Of a stretch of DNA of 64,000 nt, positions 1 through 14,000 are shown one piece after another. Source of the DNA: Lepidodermella squamata (taxonomy: Eukaryota; Animalia; Gastrotricha); NCBI GenBank assembly GCA_047495785.1, contig JBLDXI010000033.1:2356001-2420000 (forward strand), read 5' to 3'. The notes under the pieces are model-generated. The model saw only the letters and a program-made list of their open reading frames with translations, ran no database searches and was not told the origin of the DNA. The stretch's first letter is position 1. The number at the start of each line of letters is the position of its first letter. Position numbers and translations under genes: made by a program.

Positions 1-1265
1 CCCCCTTTTTCGTAACCAGTCTCTTCTTGACCTCAAAATTTGCGACTGTGTTCGAGAGACAAAGATCGAGGAATTGTTGGTACTTGGGACTGGTAGGTCC
101 CTGCCAAATCCCCAGGAGGAGCATATTCTCCGGCTTGTACCTGAAACATAATTAACACACTAATCACCGTTTTCTTCTTCTATGTTTTTAAATACCTTGC
201 ATATTCAGGCAGATTCTTGATGGTTGCCAGCAAAGGCCACACGTTTGTTCCAGTTCCCGCTCGCTTTGACAAGGTAGTACCATCAAAATTTATTTGTAGC
301 TGAAGATCGAGATTGTGAACATCAGTGAGAGGTACAACGCCAGCGTCGATGAAGTCACTCAATATTACCAATAGTTGCCAGGCTAACGAGGGCACGATGA
401 TCTCCCCCATACTAGCCGTTGATAATGTTGTTCCACATTGCCCGCATTTCTTTGCAGCATCAACTTGCACAAAACATGACGGGCATAAACTTTGCAAAAT
501 TTGAGGAAGAACCACGTCACCCATGCCAGTCAGCATTTTTCTGTAAGATTTCAACGAGGACGGAATCGAGGCCAGCTTCGCAGCATCACCTTTGGCAAGC
601 TCCCGAAAGCCCTTCGTTACAAGATCCAAGCCTGCCTGCGCAAGGCCATGATCAATTTCAAGCGCACGAAGAACCGACATGGGCGAATAGCTGTTGATCT
701 TCGGGTCTGGATTGGGCTGTTTTACTATTTCAGCATGAACAAAACGATCCGCCGTGTCAGTGATGTTTGTTTTCGCGCCGGCTGGAACTGAAGTTCGTGG
801 GGCTTCGTCGGCCTCATCGGCCTCGTCCATTTCGAAATCAGACTGGTTTACCTCCCAATCACTTGGGAATGAGTCGCAAGATGACTGTGAAAGCACTTCG
901 TACTCATCGTCCATCCCTGATTGACCAGGCAGGTCGATTTCATCTGATTCTTCCTCACTGATGGGCCATTGTTCACCATGCGCCGTATAGGATGCTTCAG
1001 CAAACTCAGGAGCAGGCTCATACGACTCGGATGAGGTAGACGGCCTATCAGCAATTACCGAATGCGTGGTTTGAACGTTTGTTGGCCTCTCACCACATTC
1101 CAACGACCTAATTAACGTAGCTGAAGCTATTCTTCGTTGAGTAGCCGACAACCCAACGTCCGATTCGGATTCTTCTTCTTCTTCTTCTTCTTCTTCTTCT
1201 TCTTCAGCTCCGCCGAGCTGTTGGAGTAACAAATCGATCTCTTTTCGAGCCTCTTTCGGCGGCAT
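1..1265 (-). CDS. EnSpm-like transposase-domain protein, N-terminal part
   Basis: CxxC-x9-CxxC (CPSC..CGQC) followed by LQLQINFDG..VWPLLATIKNLP. A GT-AG intron at 141-195 continues the frame as RYKPENMLLLGIWQGPTSPK, typical of EnSpm/Transposase_21-type proteins. Acidic N-terminus with (GAA)n poly-Glu. Confidence 0.7.
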
Positions 1266-1373
1266 AAGCAAACGCACAGGGTACAGTTGAACAATGAAAA
1301 GTAATTTCCTAAAACATATTAAGTAATCAATAAGACAAATGGTTCAATGTATCGTTCGTGGCAAGAAATCATA

Positions 1374-1791
1374 TCAATCCTTTATATGTCCCTTTGCGGA
1401 TTTTTTGGATTTTTCCTTAGGTTTCTTAGGTTTTGGCGGGAATGCTAGCGGATGTCGCTTAGTTTCATGCTTCTCAAGCTCATACTTGGACTTGAAACTC
1501 ATATCGCATACAGGGCACACAAAACTACTATTATGTTCTTTTCGCTCATGTGCCTGCACCGTCAACCATTCGTCGGAGTAAAAATCGCATGACTGACATG
1601 AGAAACAGTCTGCGGGTATCAACCGCCCCTTAGCCGGAACTTTGCTAGAATAAACGTAAGACTACTCTCAATCTTATAGACATTTGAAAATAGTTTGCTA
1701 ACCGTTTTTTAATGGGTGGCTGAGGAGCCTCGGAGCTTGAACTGCTTGAGGTCACATCTTCAGCGTCAGAGTCAGACGACTTTGAGCTCAT
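1374..1791 (-). CDS. Small C2H2 zinc-finger protein (two fingers), probably the transposon accessory gene
   Basis: Exons 1791-1703 and 1644-1374 (intron 1645-1702, GT..AG). Fingers CQSC..H..H and CPVC..H..H, with a Lys-rich tail. Confidence 0.65.
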
Positions 1792-2257
1792 GAAGATTTT
1801 AACAAAATAGATGGTAAATGAGACGCGCCTTTGAAAAAGCTGCACTTAAAGGCATAAAGCATGCAATATGGGTAGATGAACATATGGACATAGGTACAGA
1901 GCAATCATAAACACTAGGCGTGAACGATCATAATAACTAGAAACTAATTTTTTCAACTTAAAACATGAAGCAACCTGCATGTAATCAACTAAGTTAGCAG
2001 TGAAAGGTTAAGGCGGCTGTCAGCAGTTCATATGCATCGCGGACTTAGCAGATTTTCAAACAAAGCACATCCCCAAAAGCTGCGAAATTAATTATTTATT
2101 AAATTATTTATCATAATCTTCAAAATATAATCAAAATAGCTCGTACAACAATTTTACCAAGTCGGCCGAAAAGCAGGCGTGAGAATTTTCGGTAAGCGGA
2201 GGTTTGGTCAATTTTTGTAATTTTTTCAACCAAACTAACCGGAAACTGTCTGTTTCA

Positions 2258-2351
2258 GGCGTTCAAACGGACAGGAGACTGCATGTTTCCGAACAGTTGA
2301 TCTAACAGTGCACAGTGCGGAAACTGAACGAAAACTGTCCGTTTGAACGCC
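2258..2351. repeat. 17-bp perfect inverted repeat near the transposon end
   Basis: GGCGTTCAAACGGACAG (2258-2274) / CTGTCCGTTTGAACGCC (2335-2351). Confidence 0.85.
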
Positions 2352-2387
2352 GGACGGGTTTGCTAGGGAAAGCATGCTGCAAACGGG

Positions 2388-2399
2388 TGTCACGTGACA
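2388..2399. promoter_or_regulatory. Palindromic E-box/CLEAR-like site upstream of the MRLC gene
   Basis: TGTCACGTGACA, a perfect 12-bp palindrome; function is inferred only. Confidence 0.25.
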
Positions 2400-3571
2400 A
2401 AGGTGATACATTTGTTTTTGACATTTATTTTAAAATGTGATTTATTCGTCTAAGTATTAAATGATGTTTTCTTAACAGTCTTTGATCAGTAATATTCCAC
2501 AATAATTAAGTTTTTATGAGGGGTTAGTGTTGGTTATCGAAATCTATGAAAAAATGAACCGAATACGGCTTTTTTCTTGAAAAAAGAAGGAATGAGTGTG
2601 TATGCGCGTGAGTTGTTGGATGCTTTTGCGTAAGCTTTCATACCTTCCGCGACCGTGACTGATAGATGAATGTTCCGAGTCGAAGCACTTCTCATGGCTG
2701 TGAATCAGTATTCTAGATACACTATGATCTCATGTATAATGTGTTGGTGCCCTGACTTTGACTTGGATTTGACTAATGACTTGGATGGATTGGATGGAGT
2801 TCAGATGCTGAAAGATGCTTTCAGGGCAAAGCTTTTACCGAGGAAGCGCCTCACAGTAATATGTTTTATATCGCCGTCTCTAGTGAGAATGGGCAAGCAA
2901 CGTTTTTTATGATAAGTATTCATCGATTCATCGAATAAGTATAGGAATATATCAGCTGTTACGTCTTCGCTTGCATTCAATTGATAGACTGGTTTATCGG
3001 TGCTTATTAGGTTACTCTTTATACTGTAGTGTGGAGATTTGTCGCGTTTTATCCTTTTCCTGTCATTCCAGCCGAGCTCCTTTGGTGCTTTGCCAAACAC
3101 CAAATAATTACTTACCTCTCTTAAGTCTTAAGATTGAAATCTTTCATTATTTCGCAACATGCAACATTAATACGTGTATTGAGTCACTAGTCGGTAATAG
3201 TGGTCAATAATTGTTTTATTACCATGATAGTGAGTTTTGGTAGTTTATCCACTTGTTTGCATTATTGCACTACCATGAAATGAGGAGTGGCGCTAAGTTA
3301 TAGCATCAATTCGAACTCTGAAATGCGGAGCAGTCATTGAAATCTATCATATCTAGATGCGTTTTCATGTATTTTTCCACTTGCTTTTTGCTTAGTTGCT
3401 GTGTTATGAAGGTTTTCCTCATTTACTGCCACCTACGATATGCGGGTTAACTTCAGTTTGAACCTTTTCAGCTTCATATACGACCTGAGTTATCTTTACT
3501 TAGCATTGCCCGTAACTCTGTTTTGTATTGACTATCTTGAAATTCTAGGTTAACATTGTTTTCTGTTATAA

Positions 3572-4195
3572 ATGGCTCAAAGGAAATTGGCTGGCAAGCC
3601 AGCCCCGCGGAAACGCGCTCAACGTGCGACATCCAACGTCTTTGCCATGTTTGACCAGGCTCAAATCCAAGAGTTCAAAGAGGCGTTTAACATGATTGAT
3701 CAGAACCATGATGGGTTCATTGATAAAGAAGATTTACACGAAATGCTTGCTTCTATGGGTTCGCAACCGTTATATTAAAACAATACAAACAATATTAGTG
3801 CTTTTTGCAGGTAAAAATCCCCAAGACGATCAGCTCGAGCAGATGCTCTCTGAAGCGCCAGGTCAAATCAATTTCACCATGTTTTTGACCATGTTTGGTG
3901 AAAAACTAAATGGAACTGACCCTGAGGATGTGATAAAGAACGCCTTTGCGTGCTTTGATGAAGACGGATCTGGGCGAATATCCGAAGAAAAGCTACGAGA
4001 AGTTCTCACTTCCATGGGTGATCGCTGGAGCGATGAGCAGGTATATCAATATATCCAGCTTTGACTGTTTGATCGCGTTTCATTTTCTAGGTTGACGAAA
4101 TGTTCCGCGATGCTCCCATTCGCGACGGCAAGTTCAATTACATGGAATTCGTCAAGATTCTCAAGTACGGAAAGAAGGATGCCGATGACCAATAA
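3572..4195 (+). CDS. MYL12: Non-muscle myosin II regulatory light chain (sqh/MYL12-like)
   Basis: [34 protein letters not shown]-hand signature. Exons 3572-3758, 3811-4040, 4091-4195. Confidence 0.95.
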
Positions 4196-5033
4196 AACAC
4201 ATACTTTGAATTTTGCTATCAATTTTTATTACCAATGATTTCGCTGCAAAACAACGTTTATTACCGATGTGTTAAATTGCTGTTTGTCTCTTTTCTAGTT
4301 TACGTGCCCTAGGCTACTGTAAAATTGTGCTTGGTGCTTTACCTTCGGTGGCTCTTCTGTGGCAGTCATTAAATTACATTTTCCCATTGGAAATCGTGTT
4401 GCCATTATTTGGCCAAACTTGTATCCCTTCGTTGCAATGTGCGCGCCATGCCTGAACGCTAATTTCACCCGTCTGTGTCTGTATCTTTACGCTGGCTTGC
4501 ATTGAGTTTCATGGTTCACGCATTCCAACTATTACTTATTCATACTTAGGTCTCCTCATACATCTCGGTATTTGCATGGTAGCAATGATATAAAATGTGC
4601 TTGTTTAAGCGTATGCTATGCGTCGAAAAGGTGGTCATAATCATCAACTATAAACCTACTATATTTATGTGTATGTATGTGTGTACAAATAGCGTCGAAG
4701 TGTTGATGTGTGATTAATGATGAAATTGATAGATTCTCTTCATGATAGTTTGTAAACGATGCAGTGAATATCTGAATCTGCTATTTTTTATGCCAATACC
4801 CGATTCGTCTATACCGGAAAAATGCGAAGCGAAAAATATGCGTTGGCCAAATTTGATGATCTTGTGAGACTTTCTTGTCTTCCAAGTCGCTCTTGCATTC
4901 AGTGCAATCGGTGTAAACTGCTAAATCTGCTGCATCAATTATTTCAACTACTGCATGTCATTGCTTGGATTTGGAAATAAACTACGGCTTTTTATTGCGA
5001 CAAATATTCATCTGTACTATTCGTGTTATTTAG

Positions 5034-8000
5034 ATGGCCAAGTTATTTGGTGCATTCAAAGCTTCGCTATCCTTTCAACCACCCACAATCACCCTTGGTT
5101 CAGAACCTAAGAAACCAGTGGTCGAAAGGTTGGTATATTCTTGGCTCTCATATCCAAATAATCGAATATATTCATACCTGACAGATCGCGCAAGGAAAAA
5201 GAGGCGTATTGCAGCAATGCAGAGAAAACAATTGTTGAAATTTTTGGAGCAAAGTTAGTTTGACCTAAAAATATTTATATGGGTGTTGTGTCGTCCAAAT
5301 ATAACATAGTGTAACTTGACTCTAAACTATTTATAGGACTGAAGAAGATTTGAATCGCGGAGCCGATGAGGTTTTTCTTTCGCTGGCAACTTGGTGTGCC
5401 GACGATGAACAAGACATCCGAATTCTTGCCGATGAAACTCTGAACAAAGTTTTAAAAGTATTGCACTCTACATTTAATTGACCTTCGAAAGCAAATCATA
5501 TTTTTCCTAAGGTGATTCAGCTTAACTGGCCCGGCAGATTGCTAAGTCTGCTGATGAAACAGCTTTCAAGGCCGACTCTTCCTTCACGCAGCCTCAAAGC
5601 TGTCATGTATAAAATAGCGAATGTCTCGCACCTGGTCAAACCTTCGAAAGCGCGATTTCATGCACAAAATTTGGTTGAAATATTACCTGGACTGGTCGAT
5701 TTAAATGATGACGTCGTTCAGGAGGCTCTGGGGCATATGGTATGCCGCTTATCACCCGCGTTGTTTTACTACGCTTCAGACGCTGAAGTGAAAGTACGCT
5801 TGATTCTCAATTTTGAGCGTCCGAAAATTGAATTTAAATTTAGACGGTTATTCGATTGTTCATGCGACCGTTGGTTCGACCTTCAGCAGGGCAACAAAGA
5901 GCCTCAGCCTCTGCTATCGCCGCTGTTTGCCAATCAGCTAGAAAACCGATTTTAACAACCAGCTGGATTTTATCAGGCATACTGCGGATGCTCTTGCCCA
6001 TAGATTTGAACGAGGCTGAAACTGCGTCAATTGGTACTAATATTTCATCACCGAACCACGACCGGCAGGTTGGCCTTATGATGGCTATAAAAGTGCTGCT
6101 AGTGACATTATCGAGCAACCGAGTGAATGATTTACACGAAGCAGCTGCCAACGAACTGGCAAGGTCCGGCCAGGGTGTTCGCAGTTTGAACTCGTCCATT
6201 TCTTCCGTTTCTTCAGGACCAAAGCCTGTAGTTTCTTGCGAACATTTGATTATCGTAAGTGGCCGGATCTGAATTTTCGTTTTGTTTTTTCACACTGTTT
6301 ATTCCAGATTTTTGAGCTTTGCATTCATTTCTGTTGCAACACGGGTCAAGTTTCTCTGGTAACCGTTTCGCTGGAAACTCTGGCCTGCCTCTTCCAGATT
6401 CGCTCGAAACCGTTCAGTAATTACTTGACCACTCCAAATAGCGCCAAAAGCTACTGGAGAATATTTCCCGACGATGTGCACAACGTCGACGAATTTCTCG
6501 CTGAGCTCGACGAAGATTCTGGGCTGAAAACAGCGACTGAAATTGAAGACAGAGTGTCTGTTTCAGACTTACCAGCGGCTGATAGTAATGCTCTTCTTGG
6601 CACTCTGACCAGCTCTGCTTCTCGACTCGCTGTAGACCGCGCTGATTGCCAATCGACTGATTCCTTGACGCTGCTACCTGTTTCAGGCGGGTCTTCGCTA
6701 ACTTCCGGCGTGATTGTTAGTGAATCAGCGAATTCTCGCCGGCCGTCTGTGGCATCGAGCGCCGGAGTCTTAGTCGCAGGTTCAGCTGAATTGGACGAGG
6801 TTGAGCGGGATGTCCGGCAAGAACGTATGACCCATTCGAAATCAGACGACGCTTTCGCCGCAGATTCGGAGAGCGTAACAGCGGACCAGGATGAAGATGC
6901 GAGGTCGATTTCGACGAAACGAAGCGGTCATTCTCGGACTAATACCATGACATCGGCTGCTTCGTTTAACGTCGCCTCCACACCCGGCGGTGACCCATCT
7001 GCTTACTCGAATGACGCGACTATCGGCCAACTGACTGACCCGGGTGGTGTGCCTTTAGTTTTCGCCGTTCGTTTGCTGTCCAAACGCTTTTTGTTGAGTG
7101 GCTATAACGGCGTGCTCCTTTCTGACCGGCTTTCCCGGATCAGTTTCAAAGGCCTGGCGCTTAGTGCTTTGTCCGGAATGCTCTCATCGCACCCATCTGT
7201 TGTCCTGAATAAATTATTCCCTAACGAAATGGTCAACCAGCCTTTGACTGATATTTTCCTATACGCCACGCATCAAGATTCCCATTTAAAAAGCGCTCTT
7301 GTTGCTTTGATCGGTAATTTCATAAATGCAGTACTGATTTCAACACAAAAAACGCCGAGCCTGTGGACGAAAGAGCACGGAGATGTGCTGCCGATTTCTC
7401 AACTGGTCGGAATTTTAGAGACAATAATAACAACATCTAACGAGCAACATTTGCTGAAATCGACAGTGACATCCGTCGGAATTTTCTTGCCGCTTCTCCT
7501 GCAGTCATCCGAGGCTCAGCTTGGTCTATCACTGATTCGGCAGTTATTGGCTTTGAAATCGAAAACCTACTGGCTGCTGAAAGTCGAAATTTTAGATGTG
7601 ATATCAAAATTGGACTTGATGGTGATCTGCCATCTAGACCAATCGTATTGCGACATTCTTCAACAAATTCTCTCGCTTTGCATTCAATTTATGGGCGATG
7701 ATGATCTACGAGTGAGAAACGCGGCTGCGAAATCTTTGACCTCACTGTGTGTTTTCGGGAATTTACCCGCCCAACAGGAGGCGGTTCAGGATATTTTGTT
7801 ATCAAGAGCTCGCTGCTTAATCTTGCCGGTTACAGGCGATGCGGCTAACATCCAGCAAATAAACGGCTGTGCATCGTGGCTGCCCGTCGTATTCGGTGTT
7901 AATTCTTCATTTACTGTTCCACTACCGATTCAGCAGTTGCAATCGATGAGCGTTGTGAATGCAACTGCGATAGACTTGCTGCTGAAGCAAATCTACCTCG

Positions 8001-11000
8001 AGACAATAACGCGAAATAACGTCAACTTCATTTCCGGTGCGATTGCGTTCTTTCTGCAGCTGTCAGAACTACACCGCCCAGCGCTGAATCTGCAGTCGTG
8101 GTCCAATATGAGTGTACCAATATTAAACCTCGTACTATCTCTTGCATCGTCCACTACTTACGGCGTTGATTTGGTTAACCATGCTGAGATGCTGAAATTA
8201 GCCTCAAATTTGCTAGCAGGAGCAATCGTGAAAGACTTGCGTAAAGTCGAGATGATAACTTACACGAAACCTCGCGATAAGTGGTTGCATGTAGCCGGGC
8301 CGAATGCTGAACAGAACCGTCGCATGATTGAGTCACTGTTCGTCCACTGCCTGCGCATGCTGAACGTGTTCAGTCATGTTTTTCAAACAGTTGCGAGCGG
8401 CAATTCAACTTTGCTGCATTTGATCCGTGGGCCTGTTCGAAGTATCACGTCAAGTGCTCAACAGGCCATTAATCGCGGCCGTGCTGCGGTTGAATCGAAC
8501 TCGGCTGCCGGAATTCCTCCATCCGGCGCAAATTCCTCCACAGGGCCTGCAGCGGCTATGCAAGCTGAGTTTGACAGGTTATTCCGGGGAAATACGCTCG
8601 GCGATTGCATGAACATTCCACATTTCAACCGAATTCATAAGCAGTTGCTGAAAGCTTTCGCTTCATATCGTCTTTCATCGGAGCTGAGTTTATCAAACGA
8701 AAAATTCGGCCAGTTACTATCGGCCGTCCTCCAACTTTTGTCTACCATTTTCGAACTGTCGACGTTGAATGAAATGAAGCCGATGCTGGAGGAAACGGTC
8801 GCGTATCTAAAAGCGGCACTCCTCTTCCAACCAAATGGCGTTATCGAGTCTGTATATCAGCTGTTGAAAGCACTGTTCGGCTGCTCTATTGTAGCTCATT
8901 GGGATCCGAACACAATGTTGGGTGGAAGTGCCCAGTCGAGTTCGAACAGCGATTTCCAGTCGCCGAGAATCGGACAAAGCCTAGATGTGAGGTCATCCTC
9001 ATCAATGCACGGCTTTTACCACGCCTGCTTCCTCACGCCTTACACAATGCATACCCAGTTGTTAGCCGGAATGTCGACGAATATGACTGCGAGTTCTTCG
9101 CAATTGTTTTCGAGCTTCAACGCCGGTCATGGCGAGGATAATTATTCGCTGCTAGATGATTTGAGAATGTGTGTCCGCCGCCGATCCGCCTTAATTTTTG
9201 AGCAGCGGGCTGCTACAGGCCAGCCTATTACTCGCGCCGATCGCGAACTGGTCGAATCTTTGATTCACCCATTTGAAGCGATTGTCATCCAGTCAATCAA
9301 ACTGTACACGTTATCATCTTCCGATCTTGACACACAAAGAGCAGTTTTGCGCTTGTTAACTCAGCTGATTTATTTGAGGGCCAACTACTCATTGCTAGAC
9401 AGCAACGGAGCTTTTATGCAATGCGTGATTCGTCAATTAGAAGATCTCGATCACCCTTCTGATTTACGCAGGCAATTGTGGCTCGATGATGCTTTCCATT
9501 TCCTATCCGCGGTCGGTTTGAACCCGATTGGCGCGAAACAGCCTCCTCTTTCGTTTGCTGATTTGCTGACGTTGACCGATTCAATTGTCGCAAATACGTT
9601 GCATCTCGATAAACTCATTGCACTGCCGTGCTTGAAGCGAATTGTTGTTGATTTGTTCGTCTGCCACTCGCCCTCTCGCCCGTCCTCTTCGCAACAAATT
9701 ACCAGCGAAGTGTTGGCCCAAATGGAATTTGTTGTCCTCAAGCTGTGTAAATTGACCCACCCTAGGGTGTACCCGTGTTTGATCGTTGTGCTTCAAAGCA
9801 GCCGCATGCAGGGCGAAGATCGCTGGAAACGCGTTTCGCGTCAGATTTCTGATATCGTATTGCCATCGCTGGAAAATCGCGAGACCCCGTTCACCTGCCG
9901 CGCCGATTTCGAGAACTTTGTTTCGCTGCTTTCAAATTTAACGGCAAGTGTTTTCCGCCCGGTCGATTTCATCTTCCGCGTTTTCTATCGCCAGCCTGTG
10001 ACCAACAGCGCCCCAACTTCCATCACAATTTCAACCAATTTAGCAACTATTGTTGGCTTAACTTGCGTCCTGCTAGTTCATACCAAGGAGGATATGCTCC
10101 TTGCAAGAATTCGGGAATTTTTCAAAGAGCCAGCGGGTCAAGAATCACCATACGCTAGTTTGGCCTCTTCATCTGAACCGGAAAATGCTTTCATTTCATT
10201 CCAACTGGACACCATTGTCGATTCTGTGAAGTTTCTTGTCGATAAAATGTCTGACTTGTCAGCTGCTCGAAATGCGGCTTCCAATGCAGATTTTGACTTT
10301 CTCGCGTTCTTGGTATCTAAAAGCCTGCTTAATATACTTCACGTGGTTCATTCTGGTCATTTCCCCCGGTGTATCAAATCACTCAAGTCCTATATTGAGT
10401 CACTCCGGTTGGACACGTTGTGGTCTACCTTCGGAATTTCATACCCGTTACCCACGCTGCTGTGGTACCAATTGGTTGTTTTGGTGACTGGCGGAGTTGG
10501 CCTCCCCTGGAACGACCTTTGCCAATCGCTGGTTGCGAATAGCGCATCTTGGTCTTCTTCATTCATGCTATCGACTCTGTTATCTCTAGCTGCTGATCAC
10601 TTGTGCGAGCGGACGGATGACGTTGAGCGGCTGTCTTGGCTGCTAACCTGCCATTCTACCACGATTTTGTCGTTGATTTCAGAAGCTACGCTCCGCGATT
10701 TAATCGCATCGTGTCACCGCCAAGCACCTGCGAGTGGTTTGCTAGTTCAAGCCGTTGTGGGGGCATTGGAAAAAGTAGCTGAATCGCAATCAACCACCAT
10801 TTCGCCGCATTTGATCTGCCGAGGATTGCACGCTCTAGACAACGTTCATCCTGATCAACAGGTCGTCGCGCTTCAGCTTGTCATCGAAAAACTGTTACCA
10901 ACTTGCAGACAGTGGCCTCAGGTCAAACGCCGAATAGCTGACTTGATCATCAATCTGGCGAGCGAGCTGCATCACAGGAAAGCTCAACTCCCAGCCGAAA

Positions 11001-14000
11001 TCGGCCCTCATTGGATCCAGCAAACTCTGAGCAGCCTACCGCCTCTCATCAGTAACCGGCCCGTGAAAAAGCTCAGGGAGCTGTTCGAAATACCCGATCC
11101 AAGTTCGCTGGACCCGATCAGAGGCAATGAACAGGCCTTGATGGCCGTGACTCCTCTGCAGTTTTTCAAACAACTGAGCTCATTACCGTGTTCAGTCAAC
11201 AGCGCATCGCCTGTTTTGACCGTAAATTTGGCAGAACTCGTTTTATCTCAACCCAGCAGCGACTGGCCGAATTACGTCAACGAATGTTCGAACCCTGCCA
11301 TTTTGGAGCAGCTAATTGTCAGTGCGGCTACTCATTGCCAATTTGCGGGTTTCGAGCGAATGTTGGCGGATGTCAATGCGACTGAAAGCGATTTGACTTT
11401 TGAGATGAACTCGGCATCTCAGTCAATTTTATTCGCATCAAGCGGTGGAAGTGACGTGAACACTAATGTCTACGCCAAACTCGTGAAATCGATTGCTGAA
11501 CGTTGTTACTTACTCGGCAAAGAAGCGACCACCCATTTCCCATTCCCAATTGCCGAAGCAGTTTGTATCGATCGGTTCCCCGAAGATGTCGAAGAGTCGG
11601 CAATTTACACTTGCCCATCAACGGCAAATCGCAGCCGACTATTGGCTTTGATTGCTTATGTCGAATCACTTCACGAGACGTATGCCGATAACTTGAACTC
11701 GCTAGTATTGCTGAGCCAGGTTATGTGCAAGCTGCTGGATATTTGCAGCGGACAACATCGGCATTTGCTTGAAGAAATAGCCGGGTTTGCTGAAATAACG
11801 TGGCTTGCTTCGTATATCCTTGTTCAATATTGCCGTTGGCATATGACGGTTATCAAGTGTTTGCCTGAATCGGATGTGCTAGTTGCGTGTCTCCGTTTGG
11901 CTTGTTACACCCTAGCGACGCCAAACTCTCCAGATGCGAGCTCTTCCGCGAGTTGGATCGCGAATTTTCAGTGGACACAACTGGTTTCACTACTGAGTTT
12001 ATTGCTGCGTTGTTCCGGTATTGCGCCAACAATACCCGACCCGCAGACCAGCCACGCCCGGGTAGTGGTCAACGCGGCGATCGAAGTTTTCCTCCAGCAA
12101 AACGACCGTCCGAGTTTATCTGAGCCGGTATCACTGATGCGAGCGTTATGCTTTTTGTTATCTCGGTTGTCGCCAATCTACGAGTACGCCCTGTTACCTC
12201 GCGAGGCGATTGCGTCCCTAACAGCTCCTGATGCCGAGCCTGGGTTGCATCAGGACGCCATCTCGCCTTACATGTTATTCGAACCAGAAACGCTGTCTGA
12301 TTTCTTGCGGCGCCTCGCTTTCGTCGGTTGGGTGTCGCGGCTTGATTTCGAAGAGATTTGGTCGCGTCTTCTCGGGGTTGTCAATCACTATATTGCTGAT
12401 GGCGATGGCGACCGGCCGAGGGAGGAGCGCATCGAAGCTGCTCATTGTTGCTGTCTAGCTATCCGAGGCTTGACCTCGCTCCTTTGCCGCACCAGGCGAA
12501 TGGCACCGAAGCGACCTTCACAGTGGATAGCGGCTTCTTCGAGTAGCTACGCCAGAAACGGCAAGGTCAATTTGTACTCGCAAATGACCCCGCTTGCCCT
12601 CCTACAGTCGCCGTCATACCGGCAGTACGCGGTTGTGAGAGCCAGGCTCGGTGAGCAGTTCAATTCGATGAATAACTGCCGAAGTCCTGCTCAGTTATTC
12701 TGCGCATTCCTCGACGAAGTTGTGTTGAACTCTTGTGATACCGAAACGTTGATCCGAAATTCAGGCCTCGAACAGTACGCGACTGATGACAGCGACACCG
12801 CCTCTGAATCGTGCACTTCCTCCGTGATGCTGACTGATATGACGACTCTTGGCGATGACCTCTTCGTCGGAGCTTCGCTAGACGTCAATTCGTGCATCCA
12901 ATTTTTGCTCGACCTGTACACGAGATGGCTAGTGCCGTCACTCCGAGCTGTGCCTAACCAAATACCGCCTCGCTGTTTGATTCTCGAATGTGTCACGTCC
13001 CTCGTGTTGATTTCCGACCTATTCACAACAGCCGCGCATTGGGAGACCATGTCATCGGCCCTTTTTGCGGCACAGGGTGAAGTCGGCGTTGAGGACGAGC
13101 AATTGCTACCGATTTTGACGGTCGGCCTCGCCAAAGTTGCCGCCGTCCATCAGCTGCCGGCTAATCAGTTGACCCAAGTCACCAATTTAGTTGCTAACGG
13201 TCTTGCGTCAAAATTGTTGCCGATTCGGATGGCTGGGCTTCATGCTTCGATTTTCCTGATGCAGTCAAGGCATCAGTCTCTTGTCAAGCCAATCATCGAC
13301 AAGATCTTTGCTGATCGGCTTGTTCTTCAGGTCCAGCAACCCGTCATGAGACCTATTGTCAGTGCAATTCTGAATTATTCTGCCGCGTTTTACATCTTGG
13401 AAAATTTCACAAATATTGCCGATTCGAATAATCAACAATTTTTAATCCAGGTACGTAATATTAATTAATTTTCTGTTGGACTAATATATTATTTTTTCTT
13501 CAGTCGATTCATACATTTTTCTCCAACGCACCCGTTGATGAGAACGAGCACCCCGAAGTGTATTGTTTCGTATGCCGCGGCGTTGAACGTTTGGTTCTAA
13601 CCGATTGCATCCAAACGCCAGCTGCCGTTTCTGCCCTGATCACAGCGATTCAAAGCAATTTGAGCCAACTGCTCGACACGAAACGGTGGATTGCTGCGAT
13701 CGGTCTGTTGATCACATGCCTATACCGGCTTGCAGCAACAGCGCAGCGGCCTGCTAGCGTTTCTTCGAGCGGTGTTGTCAACGTTCAACAGCAGCAACAA
13801 GTGGCTGATGCCACGCGATTCGCAAATCTGGAACGCGTTGCTACGTTCGCCGAAAAAGCGCGTTCGTCTGCTATCGATTCCCAGCGCCAGTTGCTTCCAG
13901 GTATTATTTCATCATTTTCCAATTATTAGCACCAAATATCTATATCTAAATTGGAAGCTCTTTGCTTATAAACAATTTTAGACCTGTCGGAAAAATTATA

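Larger units (their letters stand above)
1..2368 (-). mobile_element. CMC/EnSpm (CACTA-like) DNA transposon, truncated by the left window edge
   Basis: Contains a transposase-like ORF and a C2H2 gene. Putative terminus CCCTAGCAAAC on the minus strand ends at 2368. A 17-bp subterminal inverted repeat lies at 2258-2274/2335-2351. The other end is outside the window. Confidence 0.6.

Noticed and set aside
2600-3550. ORFs and box C/D-like words upstream of MRLC
   Set aside because: Looks like a long 5'UTR intron; no convincing protein or rRNA guide.
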